Below are positions 20,747 through 31,400 of a stretch of 64,000 nt of DNA, piece by piece. The DNA lies in the IMG/VR virus record IMGVR_UViG_3300043803_000445, positions 498 to 64,497 of that record; one strand, given 5' to 3'. Made by a program: the position numbers and the translations under genes. Source of the stretch: a virus. Its lineage: Duplodnaviria > Caudoviricetes. How positions within the stretch are numbered: position 1 is the stretch's first letter; every line of letters begins with the position of its first letter. Under the pieces are notes generated by a model, which saw nothing but the letters and a program-made list of their open reading frames with translations, did no database searches and was not told the origin of the DNA.

Positions 20747-23700
20747 CTAAATTAAACCACGAGTTCTATAAACTTCTGCTGCTGTAGATAATCCAGTTAA
20801 TCCATTGTTAGTATTTACAATAAAATCTTTTGGATTTTCTCTTGCTCTATTTTGATAGTCATATATTTTACTCCAAGTGTATCTTCCATAGAATCCAGTT
20901 GTATTAATTCCAAGATTTATTGATTTATTTACACCATCTGGAACAGGAACAAAATCACATCTTACAGTCACTATACCAGACGATGAATTCGAAACAACGT
21001 TTTCTACTCTATAAAGACCATCAATAAATGAACTTGCTGTTCCAACTCTAATTCCAGTAGTAGTTGTTATTCCTGTCAAAGCATATCCAGAAGTTACGTT
21101 GCTATCATAAATCACAAAATAATCACCTTGTTCCAACTGACTATATGTTACACCAAATGAATTAAGTGCAGAATAACCAATGCCAAGAGTGGTATTATCA
21201 TAAGTTTCCGACTTTAATTTAAATTCTAAAGAAGATAATCCAATTCCTATGGTGTTAATACCAATTATTGTTCCAAAATCACCTTTTGCTTTTATTGAGT
21301 ATACTTTTTCTCTATTTGGTTTTTCACTTTCAAAAATAACAGGAGGAATATTTGTTTGTATATAACCAAATCCACCATTTGTAACTGTTACTGATGTTAC
21401 AATACCATTAGTAGTTGAGGAAGTTGCTGTTGCCCCATTGTAAACTGGCTCTGAATACATAATTGTTGCAGCAGAACCAACTACAACATATCTTCCTTCA
21501 TAACTTAATGATGGAACAAAAATTAAATCTTTAATTGCATTTGATTGATTCGTTGTTCTTTTTTCCCAATTTGATAAATCTAATGAATAATATAAATCTC
21601 CACCATCATCTAATGCAGCATAAACACCATCATAATAGTTTATATTTGTAAAATTATTTGTAATATTTGTATTCTGTAACCCCCAAGTTGTTCCATTTTC
21701 AGATGTTATAATTGTTGCGTTATTTCCAACCGCAACAAATTTTGTACCATCCCATATAACTTTATTTAAATTTTGTGTAGTTGGTTTTGATGAATCACCA
21801 ACAATGGACCAAATTTCCGTATCAGATGAATAATAGATTGTTCCACTGTCACCAACTGTAACAAAAATACTATCATTATTTGTTATTGAATTTAGATTTA
21901 TTGTGTTTGTTTTATTTTTTTCAAAAAATTCTGTGGTTCCAATTCCAACAGCTGTAAAAATTGGAATCGATGTTCCTGTGCCAACTGCACCAACAGCAAC
22001 AAAAGTATTTTTAGTTGATGAATAAACAATATCTTTAAATTCACCTGTATATGTGCTGGGAATATTAGTAGCAACATTACTTATAAAGTTAATAGTTTGA
22101 TTAATTAATTTGCACTCCGTCCAAGAAGATGTCAATGTTGTTACAATACCAGTTGCTGTTACAATTTTTCCAGTTTGACCTACAGCAACATAACTATTTG
22201 TTCCTGCAAATGCAACAGAATTAAATGATATTGTATTTCCATATCCAATACTACTATTCGACCAAGAAATTCCATCTACACTTTTAACCAAAAGACTACT
22301 TGATCCAACACCAACAAAAATATTTCCATAAGTTATTGACTTTATTTCATAATTCGTAGTTATACCAGAAGTTCCTTTCCAATTATAAATTGGATCTTTT
22401 TTTGTCACAAATGAAGAAGAAATTGCAATTGTTGGATTTGCTACCTTATATCCAGAACCAGAATTTGTAATTGTAATACTTGAAACAGTTGACGCAGCAG
22501 AAACATTTGCAATCCCAGATGCAGAATCAACTATATTATTATCAAGAACAATAATATCTCTTAATTCCTCAATCAATCCTCTTCCAATATCTTCTACAAA
22601 TAATGGAAAAGCATTATTTACATATATCGTTGTATCATTTTTTGATACTGATTTGATTATTCTTGTTGTTGGTACATTTCTTGATTTTAAATCTGGTCTT
22701 CCTTTTGTATATAAAACTCCATTTATAATTTTATCTCTTGTTTGTTTAGTCCAACTAATAGGTCTTGCTTTATTTGGATCAGTATTGATACCAAGACTAT
22801 CGTAAGGAAATGTATCAAATGCATCTTCAGAAACAATTTTTTTAACAACACGTTCAAATTGTTCTCTATCATATAAATCTAATATATTTTCTCCAATTTG
22901 AATTGAATCACCCTCTTTAATTGTTCTTGGTGGATCTATTTGCTCTACATCTAAATCTGACCCTCTATAATATAAAATTAAACATTTTGAATTTGCTTTT
23001 GGTGCTTCACTAAAAATTATTTGCGATCCAATTATATTATAGGATTCTCCTGGTTTTTGCAAAACATCATTTATAAAGATAAAAAAGTTATTATTTTTAT
23101 TTAAATCCGAACCTGGAATTGTTCTTACTGAAAATGTATCTGTTACACCAAGAGTTGTAACAGTCAATAAGAATTTACGTTTTTTTCCAGTAAAAAATGG
23201 GGCAAGACTGTTGATTCTAACAAATTGTCCTGGATAAAAACCACCAAATTTATCTGTAAATGTTTCCAGTACTGTCATTCTAAATTCACTAAATCCCACC
23301 CCGACTAATGGATTTGTAGTAATACCAACAACTTTTAATATTTCTCCAACTTTATAACCATATCCAGGATCATCTAGATTAAATCCAGTAATACTAGAAC
23401 CATTACTTACAATCACAGAAACCTTTGCTCCTTCACCAACACCACTAGAACCACCAGTGTAAGCAACACCAAGATTGCTATAATTTGGAGGAATTGGTAT
23501 GTTAATTGTTGGTTTTGCTGCAGTTGTATATCCAGTTCCTGCATTTATTATAGTCAGTGAAGTTACTGTTCCCCCAGAACCGATTGAAGCAGTAATTGTA
23601 GCTCCACTACCAATTGTAGAAGCAACACTAATTATTGGAGCAGTTCTATAACCACTTCCAGCACCAGTTAAGTGAATATTTGATATTGTACCAGCAGCAG

Positions 23701-25774
23701 AAACAGAAACCGTTGCGGAGGCACCTACGAGTGGTTGATACCCATATCCAGTCGTAATCGCAACTCTAACAATTTTTCCAGCATTTGGAACACCACTCAC
23801 AAATTTAATAGTATTATTTCCTTCAGTATCAATAATAAAATCACTATCTGATATTTGAGAAACATTATTTAATAGAATAACTGGATTGTTGTTTATGCTT
23901 GAAGAGCTATTAGTGTCAGAATATAATCCAGATATATTTTCACCATTTGATTTTAACAAAAAATTTAATCTTGTAATATTGAATGTTGTTGTGGCAATTC
24001 CAGTATTTACATTATGATTTGGAGCAATAGTAATTGACCCAACACCTATAGATTGAACGACTGTATTTCTTACAATATACTCATTTTCTGTATATTCTAA
24101 ATTTAAAACATCTCCCAAACTTAAAGATGATGTGTTAATTCCACTGATTATATTTTTATTTGAAGAATTTAGAGTTCCTGTTCTAATTCCTACTGTTTCT
24201 GCCTTTCCAGTAAAATCTTTAGAAATGTCATCAATAATTAAATTTTTATCTGACGTGTTTCCTGGATCAAATCTTCTTGAAAAAATTCTTCCTTGAAAAT
24301 ATGAACTTGTTGATATTCCTTCTGGTCCTATTTGACCATATGGTGGATCAGTAAAATAAATTGTATCCTTAACAATATTAAAATCACCTCTCATTACAGT
24401 AACTGCTGATCCAACAGAATGTGATGCAGCAACTGTTCCATAATATGCTCTATCTACAATAACACTATTTGTGGAACCAATTCCAATAGATCTTATTTTC
24501 ATTAATTCGGAATTAACCATCAAAACATCTAAAGATGTCAATGAAGAAATTCCAGAGTTTAAATAAATTGTATTTCCAATTCCAATCGGAGTGTTTAAAG
24601 ATAACGTAATTCCTCTTCTGTATAATGGTGATTGAATAATATTATCAATTGTAATTATAGCACTCGAATTTGGTTCAGGATAAGTAAATGAATTAGAACC
24701 AATACCATAACTTACAAAATTCAAATAAGAAGAAGTTGATAGTCCAGATACTTTAAAATTATTATCATCTATTTTATCAACATACAAAATATTTGGGAGA
24801 ATGTCAGTTCCAAGAACTGTTGGGGAAACAAATAAATTGTCTTCTGGAGTAGAACCACCAATATATGTTCCAGCAATACTTATAATATCAGTAGGAGTTG
24901 AAGACGTGAATGATGTACCAACACCAACAACTCCTATTGAATAATTTCTTCCACCACTCGCAACTTCAACTGAACTAATTTTTCCTGCGGAATCTCTTGA
25001 TATATTAAATGTTGCACCAGAACCAACACCAACTATTGTAGTGCCAGCGATACCAGTATATGATGAATTTGCTGCTGATACTATTGCTGTACTAGAAACT
25101 TTAGATACATTAAATGATAACGTATTGGTTGGATTTGTTCCACCAAGATAAGTTCCAGCAATTGAAACTGTATTTCCTATTCCATATCCTCTTCCACCAT
25201 CTTTTAAAATAATTGATGTTGAAATTGGGTTACCAGTTGCTGAACCATCATAAGTAATCCAAACTTCAAATTTTGCACCAGTTCCAATGCCAGAAACTGT
25301 ATCTGCAGGAATTGGATTTCCAAATCCATAAATGCGACTTGATGCATATGGGATTAAAGTTGAAATTCCAGTGATTGTTGTGCTAATTGCTACATTATAA
25401 CCATTTTCAAATATTGCACTTCCAATACCACCACTAACATCCATTATAATTCCGCCATTATATTCCTTAGTCACAAATTGCGGTTCAACTAAAGATGATG
25501 TTTCAATGCCAATTTTTGTTTGCGATTCAGTTGTTATTGGATAATAACCAGATCCAGCATTAATTATTTTTACACTTTGAATGGAACCACCAGATATTAC
25601 AGGATAAAAAACTCCTTCTACTACTGGTGTTTGTGTATCTTGTATGGTGATTTTTGGTGGGTCAGTTGAAGCATATCCAGAACCACCATTAACCACAACA
25701 ATATTTGAGACAGAATAAAACTCTGTTTCAAATTCTGGTTGAAGAATTGCACCTGACCCTGGAACTGTTCGCAT
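20747..25774 (-). CDS. Baseplate wedge gp7-like protein, C-terminal part
   Basis: 1675 aa with GSGY beta repeats, IDNIIQSP, FTDPPYG, WTKQTRD and a beta-propeller-like FVAVG repeat region; directly upstream of gp8; own late promoter 25804-25810. Confidence 0.7.
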   Translation of the reverse strand: MRTVPGSGAILQPEFETEFYSVSNIVVVNGGSGYASTDPPKITIQDTQTPVVEGVFYPVISGGSIQSVKIINAGSGYYPITTESQTKIGIETSSLVEPQFVTKEYNGGIIMDVSGGIGSAIFENGYNVAISTTITGISTLIPYASSRIYGFGNPIPADTVSGIGTGAKFEVWITYDGSATGNPISTSIILKDGGRGYGIGNTVSIAGTYLGGTNPTNTLSFNVSKVSSTAIVSAANSSYTGIAGTTIVGVGSGATFNISRDSAGKISSVEVASGGRNYSIGVVGVGTSFTSSTPTDIISIAGTYIGGSTPEDNLFVSPTVLGTDILPNILYVDKIDDNNFKVSGLSTSSYLNFVSYGIGSNSFTYPEPNSSAIITIDNIIQSPLYRRGITLSLNTPIGIGNTIYLNSGISSLTSLDVLMVNSELMKIRSIGIGSTNSVIVDRAYYGTVAASHSVGSAVTVMRGDFNIVKDTIYFTDPPYGQIGPEGISTSSYFQGRIFSRRFDPGNTSDKNLIIDDISKDFTGKAETVGIRTGTLNSSNKNIISGINTSSLSLGDVLNLEYTENEYIVRNTVVQSIGVGSITIAPNHNVNTGIATTTFNITRLNFLLKSNGENISGLYSDTNSSSSINNNPVILLNNVSQISDSDFIIDTEGNNTIKFVSGVPNAGKIVRVAITTGYGYQPLVGASATVSVSAAGTISNIHLTGAGSGYRTAPIISVASTIGSGATITASIGSGGTVTSLTIINAGTGYTTAAKPTINIPIPPNYSNLGVAYTGGSSGVGEGAKVSVIVSNGSSITGFNLDDPGYGYKVGEILKVVGITTNPLVGVGFSEFRMTVLETFTDKFGGFYPGQFVRINSLAPFFTGKKRKFLLTVTTLGVTDTFSVRTIPGSDLNKNNNFFIFINDVLQKPGESYNIIGSQIIFSEAPKANSKCLILYYRGSDLDVEQIDPPRTIKEGDSIQIGENILDLYDREQFERVVKKIVSEDAFDTFPYDSLGINTDPNKARPISWTKQTRDKIINGVLYTKGRPDLKSRNVPTTRIIKSVSKNDTTIYVNNAFPLFVEDIGRGLIEELRDIIVLDNNIVDSASGIANVSAASTVSSITITNSGSGYKVANPTIAISSSFVTKKDPIYNWKGTSGITTNYEIKSITYGNIFVGVGSSSLLVKSVDGISWSNSSIGYGNTISFNSVAFAGTNSYVAVGQTGKIVTATGIVTTLTSSWTECKLINQTINFISNVATNIPSTYTGEFKDIVYSSTKNTFVAVGAVGTGTSIPIFTAVGIGTTEFFEKNKTNTINLNSITNNDSIFVTVGDSGTIYYSSDTEIWSIVGDSSKPTTQNLNKVIWDGTKFVAVGNNATIITSENGTTWGLQNTNITNNFTNINYYDGVYAALDDGGDLYYSLDLSNWEKRTTNQSNAIKDLIFVPSLSYEGRYVVVGSAATIMYSEPVYNGATATSSTTNGIVTSVTVTNGGFGYIQTNIPPVIFESEKPNREKVYSIKAKGDFGTIIGINTIGIGLSSLEFKLKSETYDNTTLGIGYSALNSFGVTYSQLEQGDYFVIYDSNVTSGYALTGITTTTGIRVGTASSFIDGLYRVENVVSNSSSGIVTVRCDFVPVPDGVNKSINLGINTTGFYGRYTWSKIYDYQNRARENPKDFIVNTNNGLTGLSTAAEVYRTRGLI

Positions 25775-25833
25775 TATTACGAAAAACTACTCTTTTCTTT
25801 TTATATTTATTGGGTATTAAAAAATAGAAAATA

Positions 25834-26190
25834 TTATGGAACTAAAACTGTACTTAAAGTGCCAGCATCACTTACTATCAATCTATATTTGGTTCCATTT
25901 GCTGAAGTCAAAATAATACCTTGAGATGTATTAATGCCAACTCTTATATCTCCACCAACAACTTGAAGTTTTGATGATGGATTTGTGGTTCCTATTCCAA
26001 CACTATCGGAAACATAAGCACCACCAGTAACTTGAAGTGGTTGTGATGGGGTTCCTGTCACGGATGTCGAACCAATCAAACAATTTCCATAAAGGTGATT
26101 AATCATCACTTTGCCATCAGTAGAAACACCAACTAAAGGTATTCCATCATTATCATTAACGTTAAAAAATGTTCCTGTGTTGTTTGCCAT
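25834..26190 (-). CDS. Short tail-fibre-tip-like protein
   Basis: LQVTGGAY, VGIGTTNP, GIILTSANGTKYRLIVSDAGTLS motifs of fibre C-termini. Confidence 0.6.
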   Translation of the reverse strand: MANNTGTFFNVNDNDGIPLVGVSTDGKVMINHLYGNCLIGSTSVTGTPSQPLQVTGGAYVSDSVGIGTTNPSSKLQVVGGDIRVGINTSQGIILTSANGTKYRLIVSDAGTLSTVLVP

Positions 26191-26205
26191 TTTTCTTTAA
26201 TACCT

Positions 26206-28464
26206 TTATTGATTTATATTGTTTCCAACTTGGTTCGTTGGGAATAATCTTGAAAACTTAGAACTTGGAGACCATATAATTCTCACAATTCCTTGTGCTC
26301 CATTGCCACCACTAGAAACCGAACCAACAGCACCATCAGCACCACCTCCACCACCTCCATACAATCCACCAGCAGCACCATTATTTGTATTTCCAGTTGA
26401 TCCGTTTGATCCACCAGAACCAGCATTTCCTGCACCATTTGATAATGAACCAGAAGATCCTTGACCTAATACTCCAACTCCACCACCACCAGATCCAGAT
26501 GCAGTAGGGGCACCACCACCACCTGCTCCACCACCAGATCCAGCAACTCCACCATTAGTTATTGAACCATTTCCACCAGATCCACCATTGCCACTATATC
26601 CAGCAGAACCTCCACCTCCAGCACCAGTTGTTAATGTTGCAGTACCACCATTACCACCAGATGATCCACCAATATTTCCAGCAATAATACTTCCAGTGCC
26701 ACCAGCTCCAACTGTTCCTGTATAATCTGCAGCACCACCTGTTCCTCCAAATGCGGTAGCAACTCCTACTATTTCACTATTACCACCATTTCCACCAGCA
26801 CCAGTTCCTCCATTTCCACCAGCACCAACAATAATAGTCAGAGTTTGTCCTGGAGTTACGGGAAAATCATTAACATATCTTAATCCTCCTCCACCACCAC
26901 CTTGACCTCCAGATCCACCACCACCAGCAGATCCACCACCACCTGCTCCACCACCACCAATTAATACAGCAGAAATCTTTGTTACACCAGAAGGAACAGT
27001 AAAAGTATTACTCCCAACAGTTGTAAATGTGCTGGATAAACCAGTCATATTTAATATTTCTGTTCCAATCACCGTTGAACCATTTACAGATAATGAAGAT
27101 GTTGGAGTTGTGATTCCAATTCCTAAATTATTTTGTATATAAGCACTACTTTGAACTTGAAACTGTTGATTTGCGGTTCCTGTTGGAAATAAAGCACCAG
27201 CACCATCACCAATTATAAATTCACCAATAGTAGTAATTCCAACATATACTCTACCACCAGCACCTGCTGTTGAATTATCTTCTTTGAAAATTCTAAACAA
27301 ATTGGTAGTAACACCAACAGAATAATTATCAATATTCCAACGAATAGGAGTTCCAGTTTTTCCTCTTAAAATAAACTGCCCACCTTCACCAACAGTATCA
27401 TATAATGATTCTACAGCACCATATACTGATAATTTTTCTGATGGATTTGTGGTTCCTATACCAATAGAACCATTAAAATAAGCACCACTTTCTACTTGAA
27501 GTGCTTGATTTGCTGTTCCCGTTGTTGTTGCTCTTCCTACTAATACTGGTCCATTTGTGAATGTAGAAAGTCCAGTAACTTGAAGTTGAGATGCTGTTGC
27601 TATTCCAAGAGTTGTGATGCCAGATACTGTTAGGTTAGTAACAGAAGCAATACCACCAATTACATTTGTTGCTGTCGTTGCAACAGATATAGATCCAGAT
27701 ACATTTCCATAAATTGTTCCAGTCGAACGAATATCACCAGAAACATCAAGAGTATACAATGGAATTGTTGATCCAATTCCAACATTCATTCCAGGATTGA
27801 TCACAAAAGTACCGATTCCAGTGGTTGCTGCAGAACCTACGTTAATTCTAGTAATTCCACTACTACCAGTACCAATGTTTATTGTCTTTGTGGTTTGAGA
27901 TAACCCAATACCAGTTGCAATATTAACTGTTTGGGAATTGGTAGATATACCAAGAGTTACTGAACCAGTTTGATTAGTTCCACCAGCAGTCCAAGTTCCT
28001 GTTGTTTGGGTACTTCCCAAATCAATATTTTGAGTAGTTTGAGATAATGTAAATGCAGCACTGCCAAATGTTTTAGCACCAGTAAAAGTTTGAGTAACAC
28101 CTAAAGTTGCAAATGTGTCTGACTCAGTGATTAATGGTAATGTGATGGTTCTATTTGCAGTAATTGCAGATGCCGTAATAGAATACTCAAAAGTATTTGC
28201 TGGATTTCTAATCTTAAGATTACTTGAGAATACTGTGGAAACACCAGAAGCACTAAAAGTAGTAACAGAAGCAATTCCACCAATTACATTAGTTGCAATT
28301 CCAGCAGTACTTGCATATCCAATACTATTTGTTATATTTGTTCCATCTCCAATGGCACTATAAATTTCATTAAAGTTACTATTAATTTTTACAGCACCTT
28401 GGGATAGAGTGTCTCCCGTAGTATCATTTGGTGAGGTTCCAGTAAATATTCCTAGTTTCGACAT
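26206..28464 (-). CDS. Tail fibre / receptor-binding protein with glycine-rich C-terminal domain
   Basis: N-term baseplate anchor (GTSPNDTTGDTL...KINSNFNEIY), GIGTTNP repeats, Gly-rich C-terminus; late promoter 28489-28496. Confidence 0.8.
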   Translation of the reverse strand: MSKLGIFTGTSPNDTTGDTLSQGAVKINSNFNEIYSAIGDGTNITNSIGYASTAGIATNVIGGIASVTTFSASGVSTVFSSNLKIRNPANTFEYSITASAITANRTITLPLITESDTFATLGVTQTFTGAKTFGSAAFTLSQTTQNIDLGSTQTTGTWTAGGTNQTGSVTLGISTNSQTVNIATGIGLSQTTKTINIGTGSSGITRINVGSAATTGIGTFVINPGMNVGIGSTIPLYTLDVSGDIRSTGTIYGNVSGSISVATTATNVIGGIASVTNLTVSGITTLGIATASQLQVTGLSTFTNGPVLVGRATTTGTANQALQVESGAYFNGSIGIGTTNPSEKLSVYGAVESLYDTVGEGGQFILRGKTGTPIRWNIDNYSVGVTTNLFRIFKEDNSTAGAGGRVYVGITTIGEFIIGDGAGALFPTGTANQQFQVQSSAYIQNNLGIGITTPTSSLSVNGSTVIGTEILNMTGLSSTFTTVGSNTFTVPSGVTKISAVLIGGGGAGGGGSAGGGGSGGQGGGGGGLRYVNDFPVTPGQTLTIIVGAGGNGGTGAGGNGGNSEIVGVATAFGGTGGAADYTGTVGAGGTGSIIAGNIGGSSGGNGGTATLTTGAGGGGSAGYSGNGGSGGNGSITNGGVAGSGGGAGGGGAPTASGSGGGGVGVLGQGSSGSLSNGAGNAGSGGSNGSTGNTNNGAAGGLYGGGGGGADGAVGSVSSGGNGAQGIVRIIWSPSSKFSRLFPTNQVGNNINQ

Positions 28465-28498
28465 TATTTAATAGACTGCCTTTTTGTTTATTTATGTT

Positions 28499-31400
28499 TT
28501 AATTTGAGTCGAATGTAAATGTAGTCATATCAAATGAAGCCCAGATAGTATCATCAAATTTTTTGTTTATACCATAAGCAAATGTATTTTCCACAGATGT
28601 ATTTGCTATTCCAGCTGGGTTAAACTCCGAAATTGTTCCAGAATATAATATTTTTTGACCTGTTTGGAAATTATGATTTGGAAGATTAATTATATCATTG
28701 TCAATATTAACAACACTATTGGAAGAACTATTAAATTCACGATAAAATAAAGGTGTTCCTTTACTAGTCAAACTAAAAGATTTAATTCCAACAACAGAAT
28801 TTCCAGGAAGTCTTCTTCTAATTTTTACATTAGAAGTTTGGGTTCCGTGATTTAATTTATGTGGAAGATTCAATCTTACACTTCCAACACCAATTTCAGT
28901 AATAACAGTATTATCTGGAATAAGTAAAGTGGAAAATCCAACATAATCACCAACATTTAAATTATCAGTAGTAAGATTTATATAATATGGATAAAAACTA
29001 TCAAACAATGCAGATGTTGATGCAATTGAAATGTATTCATTCGAACCATTAAATTTATCACTTATATCATCTATCAACAAAACTTTATTTGTTTTACTTG
29101 AAATATAAGGTTTAAGTGCTCGTCCAAAAATAGGTCCAATTACACCAACACCAGCAACGTTTGCTTCTGCTGCTCCAATATTTACCCTTTCGATAGACCC
29201 ATCTTCAAATAAACTTTCTTCATCTTCTGTGATTAATGAGAAATTATTTCGGTTATAAAATGATGACAAATTATCAATATTTACAACTAAATCTAATGTG
29301 GAATTTGCAATTCCAACTTTCAAATTTTTTGTAGAAGTAGATGAAATAAAACTAATTACATCCAAATCAGAAAATTCTTTAAATCCTGCTGGATGAATAG
29401 TAGAACGAACTGGTTCTTTCCATACATCATAAGCAATTTCACCCTTAATTGAATATGAGAATTTCTGATAATAAGAATTATCAGAAATTCTTTGTTGGTA
29501 ATTATTTAAAAATCCAATCTCATTACCAACATCATTAACTTTATCTCTTGACACTCCAAGTGATGAGTTCAAGTTAAATTTGTTGGTAAATTCAACTGTT
29601 CCATTTAAAAGTGATTTTTCACCCTTTAATTTATTTCCAACTTCCAATTCACCTTTTGCATCAATTAATCGTAATTGATTAATATCATTATCCCATCCGT
29701 TTTCCATAACAGTTGCTGAAAATACTGAATTTCCAACATTGTCAAATCCAGTAACTTTTTCTCCAGAAATGTAACTTAAATCATCAATGAGAACCATCTC
29801 AAATTCAGGCATATCTTTTTTATTGATGACAACTCCATATCCATAAGTATTAATATAATTACCCTCAAGATTATCTTGATTGAGATTTAAATTATCCTTT
29901 ACCCCAGTCATACTAAAAGTTACAGTAAAGTTTTCTGAACTTATTCCAGTTACAGTAAAAAACTTATACCCATAATCTTTTGAGTTAAAATTATCTTTTG
30001 TCCTATCTTGCTGCCTACATTTTTCTATAAAAATTTCATCTCCAACAGCGAATGGGAATATAGTTTCAGTTTTTCCATATCCTGTTGTGATTAATGGATA
30101 TAATTGAGTATCATTTAATAATTCTAAAGTAACTGTAGAACCATCATTTGTTGCTACAATATCATCAATCTCATATCCATTAGAATTGTTTATAGGTACA
30201 ATTCTCAATGGTGTTGTCAAATCATTAGTATTTTCAATAACTCTTACACCAACAATACTTCCACTTTGTAATTCTGCAGATAACTTTATCTTATCATTAC
30301 CAATAACTTTTAGTGATGGTGCAGTATTATATCCCCTTCCTCCTGTTGTTATGCCAATATAATCAATTCTTAAAATATCTTTAATTTGAACGATTGCTGG
30401 AGCACTTAAAAATGGTGTTAATGTGATATCAGTTGGGTAATTAAAACCGTCTTTAACTCTTTCCAAATAATCAACTTTTCCTATTGTAGAAGATGATGAT
30501 TTTAGAATTGCATTTTTGCCAGAAATAGTTTCGATTGAAGATATTTTTGGTAATTTTGTATATCTTTTTCCTCCAAAATTAACTTTTATTTTTGATATTG
30601 AACCAGTTGTATTCGTGGAATTTGTATCATAAAAAATAGTAGATACTCCACTCGAAGTTGTATATAATGTATTCTCTGGTTTTGTATTTAAATTAAACTT
30701 AAATGCGGTACTTCCAATTCCTATGATTGAATATTCATTATTAAATATGCTGGAAACAATTTTAATCCTATTATTCCCAACAACTTCTTTATCAGAAGAA
30801 ATCTGGAATAATTCAGAAAAAGAACTTTCTGATGGTATTAAATTGTAATATATTTCATTTGGAACATCAGTCGTTTGAGTATTTAATTTTCTATTACCAT
30901 TGTCAATATATTTAAAACTTTCAATTTCTTTAACAAAATTTGGATCTTTATACAATCTCAAATCCATCCCAGAAGCATCACTCAGATCAAAAGTTAATGA
31001 ATCACCTTTAGTTAAACTAATTGGTGGGTTTATAAGTGCTATACTGTGAATAGATGCACCAACACTTGTAAAACTAATGCAAGTTCCAACAGTTGCATCA
31101 TACAGATAATTTGACAATTTTATTTTATCTGGGTCTTGCTTTAGGATATAATAAGTTTTATTATCATCCAATCCACCAATAACAGTATTACCATTAGTAT
31201 AATAAACAACTTTATCACCAGTTTTTAATTTATTGTCAATTATAGTAATTTCATTTGTTTGTGTATTTACACCAACCGAAGAAGCATTAAAGTTAATTTT
31301 GTCTGTTGTAATTTTTCTAAGTTTAGGATCATATCTTAATTTTATTGTATTGGAAAAACTTGGATATACATTAAATTTTATTTTATCGTCTGTTTCTAAT

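Noticed and set aside
26206-27000. Collagen repeat or DGR target in the Gly-rich fibre end
   Set aside because: No strict Gly-X-Y periodicity; no reverse transcriptase or template/variable repeat pair in the window
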